Origin: Hyaloraphidium curvatum SAG 235-1
Lineage: Eukaryota; Fungi; Monoblepharomycota
Length of the DNA stretch: 64,000 nt
Reading direction: 5' to 3'
Assembly: GCA_025558095.1 (NCBI GenBank)
Contig: JAIVFI010000004.1
Coordinates: forward strand, 868,001 to 932,000
Shown: in pieces, positions 43,984 to 55,075 of the stretch
Numbering within the stretch: position 1 is the stretch's first letter
Layout: every line of letters begins with the position of its first letter
Made by a program: the position numbers and the translations under genes
Notes under the pieces: model-generated
The model's input: only the letters and a program-made list of their open reading frames with translations
Database searches by the model: none
What the model was told of the DNA's origin: nothing

Positions 43984-46817
43984 ATGATCCTCGCCTCCCT
44001 CATTATTGCGCTACTCTGTGCACTTCCGGCGATGGCCTGGCCCGGCGGACTCCCTGGCGGAATCATCCCCGAGCGCGTTGCTGCTCTCGGCGACTTCGTC
44101 TCGGACTTTCTCTGGCTCGACGACGAGCGCCTCATCATCGCCGGCAAGCGCGGCCGCCTCGTGCTGTTCCGGAACGGCCAGTGGTCCGCCACGCTCCTCG
44201 ACATCTCGGGCCGCGTCGCCCCGGCCGCGGGCGGTGGGTCGCCTGCCGTTCGCACCCCGTCTTCACTCGCTGACCGCCCAGAAACACAGATCGTGGACTC
44301 ATGGGCATCGCCATGGATCCCGGCTTCTTCCGTGGGCGCCCTTACATTTACGTCGCCTACACCGTCGACCCGAACCGGAACGGAGGTGCGGCAGCACAGC
44401 ACCGCCGGCCGCCCCCCACACTGACCGCCTCCCGGCCCCGTCCAGGCATGAACTATAACATGCTTGCTAGGTTCACGTACGCCGGGGATTCGCTGCAGGA
44501 CGAGAGGCTGCTCATGGGCGGCGGCTGCAACCTGGACGGAAGCGTGAGTGTGATTGCTCTTTAGGGTGACGGCACCGGGCCACGGAGGCAGCTGCGCCCG
44601 CACCTGCACTTGCGGTGCCGTCCATCCGGCGAAAGTTGTGTCGCGGGGCGGCCCAGTTTGCGGCAGGGCACCCGATCCTCCGTCGCGGTTGGGGGGATCG
44701 TGCCCTTGCGCAGCGCTTGTCCCTTGTGCCCTCCCGCGGTTCCCGCGACTTCCGACGCACCTTGCTGACCGCATTTTCCATCACCTACAGTGGCAGTACA
44801 ATGACAACTGCTCGCCGATGCCCGGCACAACCCACTCGATTGGCTCCCTGTGGTTCCCAGGCGACGGCTCCCTCTGGGTCTCGGTCGGCGAGGGCAACAT
44901 CCACGACGGCGCCTTCTGGTATGACACCTACGGTATGGGATGGGTAGACCGCGCCTTGGCCATGGACCCCGACTTCCTTGGCGGCAAGATCCTCCGCTTG
45001 GACCCCGACTCGGGCGCCGGCAGGGCCGACAACCCGTTCTGCGGGGGCGGCAGCATCTGGTCCGCCAGGTGCAAGGTCTGGGCCGTCGGCCTGCGCAACC
45101 CGTTCCGCTGCTCGGGCGGGCCGGGTGCCGTGTACTGCGGCGACGTCGGGTGGTACACTTGGGAATCGTTCAAGGTTATCTACAGGGGCCAGAACATGGG
45201 CTGGCCATGGTGGGTTCCGCGGCGCTTTCCCCCGCCGGCTTTGCTCACGCTCCGCGTCTTTGCAGCTGGGAGGGCAACAACATCCCGCCCGGGCAGAACC
45301 CCGGCACGCCCATCTGCCAGCGCATCTACAACGGTGACAACCCGTACCCAGGCATCCCCGGCTCCCGCGGCGTGGTGTTCCAGTGGAACCACAACGGCGC
45401 CTCCGCTGCAGCCATCGGCGGCGTGCAGATCCCCTCGTACTACCCCGGCGTGGGCGGCCGCTGGATCATTGCCGACTACACCTCGGGTCAGGTCTGGGCC
45501 GTCACCGGCGGCGGCGACGTCATGACCTTCTTCTACGGCGGCGAAAACCCCGCCGCGTTCCGCGTGGGCACCGACGGCTGGCTCTACTACCTCAGCAACG
45601 CGGGCGGCGTCGTCATCCGTTTGCGCATCTCGGGCTTCACGCCCCCGCCCAACCCGACCGTGCCGCGGCTCACCACCGCCCGCCCCGTGCCGACCACCTC
45701 CAAGCGCCCCCCGGACCCGCTCTGCGAGCCCACCGGCGCCGCCCGCATCGTCGTGCCGACCTGCACCGCCGGCGTGGGGCAGCAGCCCATCGGCGACCTG
45801 ACCTTCCTTTCGCGCGAGGGCTGGCCAAGGAGCAGGCTGCGGTTCGTCCGCAACGGCAACTGGGGTCCCGTCGGCCTCGACGCCTCGGTAGGGAGGAGGA
45901 ACAACCAGACTTCGGGGAGGACGCTCAACATCAACAACCGGTGGTTCATCACCGGCTGGGGTACGCACGCGCTGAGGTGGGCTCAGGTCGATGCAGGGCG
46001 AGTTTCTGGGAGCTGATCGCCCCTTGCTTGTCAGCCAAATCGACGTGTTGCTGAACCAGTGCTGCTATCGTGTCACGGGCACCGTCGGCGTCGACGAGGA
46101 GGTGCGGCGGTTCTACCCGCAGTGGGGCTACAACGACACCGCCTCCCCCAACGCCGGGAACGTCTCGGGCTCGTGGACGATCCGAACCGTGGACAACAAC
46201 CGCGTCGTGTGGAACTCGAGCACCATCCGCCGGATGAACCTCGGGTCCAACCCGCTTGCCTTCGATATCCGCAACCTGCACCGGTTCAACCGCGTGTCGC
46301 TCCAGGCGGCGGTCGCGCCCGGCCTGGACACGCGCCTCGCCAACGTCTGGACGCCCTCGCACTTCAACTGGGCCGAGGTCAAGGCCTACTGCGGCCCGCG
46401 CTCGCCGTACGCGCCGATCGTGACCATGACCCAGCCGCCCGAGGGCCTGATGGCGCGTCCGGACACGATGGTGCGGTTCGCCGCCACCGCCACCTACTGG
46501 GACCGCCGGACAGCCATCCCTGCATCCATGTTCCAATGGGATATCAACTTGGTGCACTGCCAGGGGTTCCTCTGCCACCAACATAACCCTTTCCGGTTCT
46601 CCGGGGTGCGTTCTGGCTCGTTTAACGCGAGTTCGCATGCAGATACGGACCAGCAGTGTGGGTCCCTCCCCTTGGGTCGATCGGGCGCCGCAGCCGTTGA
46701 CTTTTGCCCTCCGCAGACTACTATTACTCTGTGCAGCTGACCATCCGCGACCGCTGCGGCAACACCGAGGTCATCCGGCGTTCCGTCTCCATGCAGGGTT
46801 TCCAAAACATGCCCTAA
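43984..46817 (+). CDS. Secreted glucose/sorbosone dehydrogenase-like propeller + NPCBM + Ig-like domain
   Basis: Signal peptide; GLMGIAMDPGF, THSIGSLWF.GDGSLWVSVGEG, GKILRLDP, DNPF, VWAVGLRNPFR; NGNWGPVGLD...GWGTHALSQI...GTVGVDEE; QWDINLVHC...CHQH; about 6 introns. Confidence 0.82.
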
Positions 46818-47096
46818 AAGTATACCTCTACGGACATTATAGAGCCCGCGCCGGCGCGCGGGCACCGAAATCGTACGTATTCGGGACACGCCGATATGCC
46901 TTGCCGGATTGTAGATTTAGGCCCGACCGGCACCGCGGCGACCACGGGAATCGCCGGACGTGTAAACAATATGGGGCACCTCTAATATGAATGGAATGCG
47001 TTTTGAAGCATCGCTTGTGGTTGTGGCTGCGGCGCCGATTTGGTTGTTGACGTGAAGCGTCGGGCCGGGGCTGTGTTCACCAAACGGTGACCTACA

Positions 47097-48299
47097 ATGG
47101 ACTCGCTCCCCGCATCGATGGCTACCGAGCTCCAGCGGCTCCGCGATGAAAATGCGGCGCTCCGAAAGCTCCTCGCCGAACGCGGCATGCCGGTGCCTGC
47201 TCCTCCCCCGGCGATGTGCGACGCGCCATCGGGCTCGGCAAACGAGAACGGCCCCGCGTTTCCCCCCGAACTGATCCTGAAGATCGGCCGCTTCCTCCCG
47301 CCCGGATCCCGGACCCTAGTCGAGCTGCTCCTCTGCTGCAGGGCGTACCATGCTCTGCTGCTTTCCCACCACCACAAGTACCTCGAGGTCGCCGCCCTCC
47401 GCCACGAGCGTCTTCTGGGGGAGCAGCTGGCCCGCATGCAAATCTCGGGCGCGCTGGACGACGTCGAGGAGCTCCGTGAGGATAACTGCATGTGGCAAAC
47501 GCGCATGTACCATGCCCTGGAGATCGCGGCGCGGTGCCCGAAGCTGGCACGCCTCAAGTGCAGCGCCGAATCGGGGATGGACATCCTGAAGCTCCAAAAG
47601 ACCGCGCTCGACAACCTCGTCAGCTTGGACATCACGATTCGTCCGCGCCACCACGTCGACGGCGTCCTGTTCTTGCCCCGGCTCAAGGAGCTCACCCTGC
47701 GCGGCTGCCCGTCGCTGGCCGTGGGCCGACTGTTCGCTGGAAAAGGCTGCCCAAAATTGGAGAGCGTGGAACTGGAACTGGACAGGTTCATGGAGACGCC
47801 CCTGGCGACGGATTGCGCCCGCCTCCCCGCGGCGTTCGTGCGGAAGATCAAGGTGCTTCACTGGAGCTACAACGGGGATCTGGAGTCGTTCCTGCGGCTC
47901 CCCGCCTTCCGACCTTCGTCTTTGCTGCACGTCGGATATACCGGCATCAGCGGGGCCACCTGGAAGCGGGTCTCGCAGCTCCCCGGGCTCGCAGAGCTCA
48001 GCATGGCCGAGCTTCCCGCGTCCTTCCTCCTCACCGCGCTCCACTCCGTCGGCTGCGAGCTGAACATCGATCGCCTGTTCGTCGCTGGAACGCTCAACAA
48101 ACCTGCGATCGCCATTGTCGCGGCGAACCTCGGGCGCCTGGGCGCGCTGGACATCCGCAGCGTGGAGGAGCTGCCCGTGTGCGACCCGGAGTACGAGTAC
48201 TACTGGATGTACGGCGGGGACGAGGGGATACCGGGGCACCGGGACCGCGTCCGAGCCGAGCTGGACTTCTTCGGTGGCATCCGGGACCGCAGCGCGTAG
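47097..48299 (+). CDS. Coiled-coil + F-box-like + LRR-like protein (family B, intact)
   Basis: ELQRLRDENAALRK; FPPELILKIGRFL; CPKLARL, LPRLKELTLRGC, CPKLESVEL; intronless. Confidence 0.78.
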   Translation: MDSLPASMATELQRLRDENAALRKLLAERGMPVPAPPPAMCDAPSGSANENGPAFPPELILKIGRFLPPGSRTLVELLLCCRAYHALLLSHHHKYLEVAALRHERLLGEQLARMQISGALDDVEELREDNCMWQTRMYHALEIAARCPKLARLKCSAESGMDILKLQKTALDNLVSLDITIRPRHHVDGVLFLPRLKELTLRGCPSLAVGRLFAGKGCPKLESVELELDRFMETPLATDCARLPAAFVRKIKVLHWSYNGDLESFLRLPAFRPSSLLHVGYTGISGATWKRVSQLPGLAELSMAELPASFLLTALHSVGCELNIDRLFVAGTLNKPAIAIVAANLGRLGALDIRSVEELPVCDPEYEYYWMYGGDEGIPGHRDRVRAELDFFGGIRDRSA

Positions 48300-48657
48300 A
48301 GAGCTGGCGGGTCCTCGACGCCGTGTCCTTGTACTGGAACTCGTATATACGCATCCGCCGCGGGCTCTAGCTCGTCGGCTTTAGACAGCGCGATCCTTGG
48401 GCTCGACCCGTGGCAAAGGGAAAGCGCCTGTAGACGATAGTGCGCGGATCGGGGGCTCATCCCGGACGGCCTGCGGCGGTGGCATCTCCAAGCACGTCTA
48501 CAGTCCCGTATCTCTGGAGTTTCCACTCACTCGGTGCCTGAGGCCCGAATGTCGGCGAGGCGGGGCAGGAATGTGGGTCCTGATTCGGCTCGATCAGCTG
48601 GACCCACGAAGCCGCCACCGCCCGACGAGGCCGCCCTTCGCCCACCCGCGGATCGCG

Positions 48658-51338
48658 ATGCGGGGACGCGTTTTCGCGCTGCTCTGCGCGGCGCTGCTCG
48701 CGCTCGTGCTGTTGGGGCGCCGGCCGGCGCGGCGGAGAGGAGGCCGAGGGTGGGGAACGCGCCGACGGTCGGCACCGGGCGGAACCGAAACCGTCCCGCA
48801 AACAACCCCGCGCCCAAGGACAAGGAGAAGGAGGAGGAGGGCGATGGCGGCGAAGGGGGCGAGGAGGTGGAGGAGAAGAAGCCGGCCCCGAAGCCGAAGC
48901 CGAACAGGAATCGGAATCCGAAGGACAAGGAGAAGGAGGACGAGACCCCGCCGCCGACCACCGGCCGGAACAACGGGGGATCCAACAACAACAACAACAA
49001 CAACGGCGGGGGCCAAGGCGGTCGCGTGGTCAACGGCAAGGGCCGGGTCATCGCAGGTGCGGGAAAGCAGCACGGGATCCCGCAATTCCGGAGCCAGTTC
49101 ATCAAGCAAAACGACGTCAAGATCCTGAAGACCGGTGCGTCCTCCGCGGTCGCGGGGCACGGCGGCCGGGGGGACTGACCGTCCCTTTATCGGGCAGACC
49201 TCCTGGACGTCACCAAATGGAACCTGAACGAGATTGCAAGGGGTGGCCAGGGCGTTGTCTCCATCGCCACTCTCCTGGCCGATCCCAAGAAGAGCGTTGT
49301 GGTCAAAACCGAGCTCCTGCCGCGACTCAATGCCGGCGCTGGGCGGGAGGAAACGCAGCAATTCAACACGGAAGACCGCGTCATGGCCGACGTTTGCGGC
49401 CTACCCTTCATCGTCCACTGGCTCGGATCGAGGGCTTCCGACTTCCAGAGGCAGGTCAGTCGCGCTCTCGGCTGTGGCCCGAAACGCCGGACTCAAGCGC
49501 GGACCGGCGCCAGATACCCGGCCAAATGTTCCTCACCAGAGCCGAGGGCAACCTGGAGAACTTGGTCCTTGCAAAGGGCGGCATTCGCACCCCCTTGAGC
49601 CCCAAACGGCACAAGTCGCGCCTTCTTGTCGCCCAGATGATTGTGGCGTTGGACGTTTTCCACTCGAAAGGATACGTGGGTGGTGTGGCCACCACGCGAC
49701 CTCGGACGGCGCTCACCATACATCCCTACTAGATCCACCGCGACATCAAGCTCGGCAACTACCTCATCGGCGAGGACGGCAACGTGCGCCTCACGGACTT
49801 TGGCCTCGCGATCAAGGACGACCCCACGCTCATCATGAAGGACGCCCTGGGGTCCACCGCCGTGATCTTCAAGCGGAAGAAGAAGAACAGCGAGGAGTAC
49901 AGCATCGACACGTTCGAGGAGCCAGCCGAGGCCAACCCGCTCTGGATGGACGCCGCCATGTACCGCGCGCCCGAGATGTACTTTTCTAAGGAGGTGTCCG
50001 CCTACTTTTCGAACATGCTCGGACCCACGGTGTACGCTCGTTTGGACGGGATCCGGGCCAGGGCCGCGAAGGACAAGAAGTACAACGAAAAGATCCTCGC
50101 CGACGACCGGACCTACTGGGATCAGGAGTACACGAACTGGATCTTGGTCAAGGAGAAGGGGCGTTTGGATCTGGCGAGGGACCAGTTCCGCAAATTCGCA
50201 TCCCGCTTCACCTACGGCAAGTGCTCAGACTTCTATGCGCTAGGACTCAGCATCTACGAGTGGGTGTCGCCTCTCGTCGCAGAGTCTCATTGCTGACCTC
50301 TCCGGCGGTTGTGCGACCAATTGCTTTATTGCGCAGTCTCTTCACGGCCATGGCAGCGCAAGGGAAAGTCGGCCATCCCTTCCCGCATATTGGCATAGAT
50401 GCAGACCTGAACATGGTGCCGGACGACACCTACTTCAAGCAGTACGTCGTGAACGACCCCAAGGCGCAGCAGCAGACGTGGCAGCTCATCTCGGCGATGA
50501 TCCAGGCCGACCCGGCCCAGAGGTGGGTCCGCACCGGTGTTTCGAAGCTCGCACTGAACGTTTAAACCCCGTTCAGGACGTGCGACGCGATGAAGCTGCT
50601 CGAGCTGCCCTTCTTCACCAGCAAAGGTCTCGTACCGGCGACTCCGATGATGTCGGACTATGTCTAATCCCCAGCATCAGGTATATATTACGACGAGGTT
50701 CTACAGATGGGAATGAAATCCGCGCTCGCGGACAACGACGAGCTGGTGGTGGGTGTCGCGCCCGCATCCGGCGCGATCTGGGCGCCGACTCCCCGCCCGC
50801 ACAGCCCCATGCCATCCCCCGCAGGGCCCCTCCCGCCAAGGTGAACTGGGCCTTTGCCGACAAGACCAAGTTTGCGGACAGGAACCGCATCAAGGTCCTC
50901 TCCCCGGATTGGGCCAACAACCCCCTCCGTGCCAACGCCAGGGGTCCGCTCACGTGGGTTGCCCCCGTCGACGCTCAGTGCAAACGCCTGCTGACCTCCG
51001 CGGACAGCGACCGCAACCCTCTGGCTCCCAAGGATCCCAACACGAAGGAGGCGCCCGACGTGCCCCCGCTCCCGGAGCTGGACCCCACCGTCGTCACGGA
51101 CGTCGAGAAGAAGGTGCCGGCGCTGAGGGCGATCCGTCTTTCGCAGTCGGGCGGGAAAGCTCCCGGCCAAGGAGGATCCAGCGAAGATGGCGAGGGCACT
51201 GACGAGGAGGGCACTGTCGAGGAAGGTACCAGCGAGGAGGGGAGCGGGGATGGCAGCAACGACGGCACTGTGGACGGAGGCGACGTGGAATCCGAGGGGT
51301 CGGAGGACGGCAGCGACACCGGGGTCGAGGACTTCTAG
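48658..51338 (+). CDS. Ser/Thr protein kinase with low-complexity N-terminus and acidic tail; start ambiguous
   Basis: IARGGQGVV, VVVK, HRDIKLGN, DFG, YRAPE, SDFYALG across about 6 introns. Confidence 0.85.
48983..49004 (+). repeat. (AAC)7 microsatellite encoding poly-Asn
   Basis: caacaacaacaacaacaacaac. Confidence 0.9.
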
Positions 51339-51342
51339 AACT

Positions 51343-51950
51343 TCACTCCATCCCCCACCCCTGGTTCCCCTTCCACACGTTGCCCACGACCTTGGGCTCC
51401 TCCTTGAGCTTCTCGCCGCATCCGCCGCAGCTCGCCTTGCCCGATTCGACGCTCTCCCTCCACCCCTTCCTGCCCACACCTCTGGCGACCCACGGGGCCA
51501 GCGCCAGCGGCTTCCACACGGCGAAGAGGAGCGCGGAGGAGACGATGGCGGCGGGGAGGGGGATGTGGTGAGGAGGGAGATTGTCGGCGCCGCAGCTTGC
51601 GTGGGACAATCGTCAACATCGGGTGCACCGGGCCGGGGGCGACTATGCGGACGGTACCTTCCGCAGTGGACGGCGGTCCTGGTGCTTCCGATGCACGCCT
51701 CGTGCGCGCGGGAAATGGGGTCGCGGCGGTCCGTGTTTGCCACGACAACGTTGCGCGGCTGCTGGACGTTGCCGTGCGGCTGAACGTCGCCGCCGTTGGG
51801 GAACCAGCTAGGGTAGGCCGAGGGCGGGTATGGGTACGGCCAGGGCTGCTGGTAGCCGGGGTGGGCGGGGTGCTGCTGCGGGGGGAACGGGGCTTGGGGG
51901 GCCGGGGAGGCGTCGCCGGGCTTGGTTTCGGTCGGGGGGATGAGAGACAT
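51343..51950 (-). CDS. LITAF/BRI3-like Pro-rich zinc-ribbon membrane protein
   Basis: Pro/Tyr-rich N-terminus (PYPYPPSAY); spliced CGSC, hydrophobic stretch, then CGGC; intron ~51597-51657. Confidence 0.6.
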
Positions 51951-52308
51951 CTCTGGCTGATGATTGATGTTGGTTTCGATGCGATGATGGATCGAAGGAG
52001 GCAACGAGGCGTCCTTTTGTCCCCTGTGGAGCTCAGCAAGCCCGTTGCGTTGCCGGGATTCGGGACGGGTGGAGGAATGTTTGGATGCGCAAGCGGGGGA
52101 CGGGGGTCACACCCGGCCTTCCCCGGCCTTGCGTGGTCTGGACGAGATGGCTGATCCATCGATGACAGTGGCAAAGACGGCAAACAGATTTGTTGGAAGG
52201 GGTACCTTGGCCAGCTTTAGGAATGCTCTTGTGCGAGGGAATGGACTGGGCTGCTGGGCTACCTTCCCTCCAAGGGAATGGGCGATCGCATTGGCCGCCA
52301 TCGGCGCC

Positions 52309-54749
52309 ATGCCTTTCCGCTTCCGCGCCCTGCTGCGGCTCCTGCTACCGTTCGCGGTGGTAATTGCGGGCTTCTATTTATTTGGGGGCGGCGGCGGGGC
52401 ACCATTGCCGGCGGAAGAGGCCGCTGCGGGCCCGGGCGGGACCATTTCGCGACGCGACGCGGACGCCCCGGCTGTCCCTCGGGAGGAGGTCGCTGCGGGC
52501 GGTCAGTCGCCTGGGAAAAGACTGTGGACGTTCCGGGACGCGGACGAGGACGGGGACGATCCGGACGGAAAGCAGGACGCGGGGCGAAAAACCGGGGAGC
52601 GGTCGGACGCGTCTGCGGGGCAGAAGGAGGACGTTAAGGCACCTCCAGGGCCCGGTTTGGACCAAGACACGGGAAACGACATTCGTGTTGATCAATATTC
52701 GCGGGATTCAGTGTCTGTTGGCGCTGAGGAGGGCGGGCCGGACTCGGGAAGGGAAACCGGGGCGGACGCGCGCGAGAACCCCGCCGTGCCCGGCGACAGC
52801 TCGGAGCGGACACCGGAAGATGAGCCGCAGGAGCCGGCGAATGAGTCGGAGGAGGAGCCGGCGCCTCCAGCCCCCCCTCCGCCCCGCGACGCAACTCTCC
52901 CCCCTGCCCGTCGGCCGCACCGGCCCAACCAGGCCCCGCTCGAAGACTCCCCTCCCCCGAAGAACTGCCGCTTCCCCCACATCGCCGTGGCCATCAAGAC
53001 CGGCCGCGGCGTCGCGCACCGCCGCCTGCCCCCCGCGTTGTCGACCTACGCCTCGGAGCTCTGCAACGTGATGCTGGTGACCGACGCGCTAGGCGAGTAC
53101 AACGCCTCGGAGCTGGACCCACGCTACGCAGGCTCGGATTTCTACGACGCCGACGGGCCCAGCATCACCATGCTCGGCACGGGGGTGAAGGACTTCGTGG
53201 CGGTGGTCGGGGGGCGGACCTACCGCGCCCGCGACGTCATCGGCGCCATCTACTCCAAGGCCGAGCCCGACGCGGCCGACCCCGACGCCGACCCCATGCT
53301 CGTCGCCAAGATGCGCATCTTCCACAAGGACCGGTGGGAAGCCGGCGCGTTCGACCGGGCGAAGGCCCGCGCGGACGACCTGGCAAAGGCCTACGCCGAC
53401 GCGCGCAAGGAGGAGCGGAAGAAGGAGCGGCTGGGGCAGAACAAGCGCCGCCGGCGGCTGCGCAAGAGGGGTGAGGGCGGTACACGCGAGGGCTGGGCGC
53501 GCGACGCGGACAAGTTCATCCCCGCCATTGCCGAGATGTGGAACCGCTTCCCGGACGCGAGGTGGTACTTTCTCTTCGACGACGACTCGTACGGCTTCGT
53601 GCCGGCCATCTACCACCACATGGTGACCTTCATGCCGTGGGCGGAGCCGCACTACGTGGGCAAGGCGATGCTGTTTTCGGGGTGCCATTGGGAGCCGCGG
53701 CAGGCGGGCGAGGAAGTGCTCGGGTTCGCGTCGGCAGCCGGGATACTGATCTCCAGGGGGGCGATGCTGCGGGGGATGCCGTACGTGCAGGCCGCGGAGG
53801 AGAAGACAAAGACGTGCTGGGCGGGGGACGCGAGGGTGGCCATGTGGTTGGTTGCTCCATGGGTTTCGCCAGTTCTGGGCTGACGAGTCTTCTGGGGACC
53901 AGGTTCTATGACGCCGGGTTCCGGCTCGACTGGCCGGGCGAGATCACGGGCCGCATGCACGTCGGCCCGCAGACGATGTGGCACTCTTTCGGCCGCGCTT
54001 GCGACCCCGTGCTGGTGTACCACCTCATGCCGCCGGCCAAGTACGAGGCGATCTGGGCGGTGCAGCGCTCCCCCGGCTCGGCGGGCGGCTTCGTGACCAA
54101 CGCGGACATGTGGCACATCTTCCACGACCCCAAGGAGGACGGCGAGCTGGCGGAGCTCGAGGGCGGGTTCGAGTGGGACACGAACCGCGGGGACATGGAC
54201 TTCCTCGCGCTATCCAAGCATCCGCCGGGAACGACCGAGGCTGCGTACGTGGAGATGGCCGACGCCAAGCTGCAGGAGGTCCTCGACATCTCGCACCCGC
54301 CGCCGCACCTGAAGAAGGCGCTCGTCGCCATCCGCGCCATGGGGAAGCGGTCACTCGCCCCGGGCTCGTCGAACCGCACCCGGATCGCGCTCGCCCTGCG
54401 GTGCCTGACCGCGTGCCACGCGATGGCCGGCGTGCGCGACTTCCCGCAGGCCGTCGCAGACCCCAAGCAGCCCATTGCCACGTCCGACAACCGCACCGGG
54501 ACCCCGTGGAACACGCTCGGCAACAGATCCCCGGCGTTCGGACCGTGCATCATGTGGACGCTCAATCCCGAGAACAGGTGCTTCCTCAAGTCGGGGTTCT
54601 CGGCGGCGCCGCTGGGCGGGGCGCCGGGCCACGTGTCGGGGATCGTGGGGGGCGCCAAGGCGCGGTACGAGGCGATGGCGAGGAAGGGGGCGGCGGGGGA
54701 GAAGTGCGGGTGGGGGGTCGGGAGGTCCGCAACCTGGGACAGGGATTGA
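52309..54749 (+). CDS. GT31 (Fringe/core-1 galactosyltransferase-like) type II membrane glycosyltransferase with C-terminal PAN/apple-like module
   Basis: N-terminal TM; IAVAIKTG, DADKFIP, WYFLFDDDSY, AGILISRGAM, CWAGDARV; C-terminal CLTAC...C.MWT...CFLKSG; intron ~53846-53902. Confidence 0.82.
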
Positions 54750-55075
54750 TCGGGTCCGCGGGGGCGGAGGACTGGTTTACTGCGCACTTCTCATGCGCGA
54801 TGAGGCTTGCGGCGATCGAATCGAGGCGTATCCGAGGACATCGCAGCGAGCCATCAGGCGATCGCGTCAGTTCGAACACAATGACGGCTAGTGCACCTCC
54901 TGGCTCGCATACCGGTGCCGAACTTGCAGCTTGTCGGGGTCGGGGAGGGGGTGGGGAATGGCGCGGCATGGCGCGGCGGATCGGTCGAACAGTTTCCGCG
55001 TTCCGTCTCGAAGTCAACCAACACCCCGCGAATCGCCGCCCAACGGAGCGCCCGATCCCGCTCCATCCCTCGGAA

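Noticed and set aside
14381-46817. Bacterial contamination or chimeric assembly as the source of the bacterial-type genes
   Set aside because: They are interleaved with UTP5 and GDA1, share the same codon style, and several contain spliceosomal introns.
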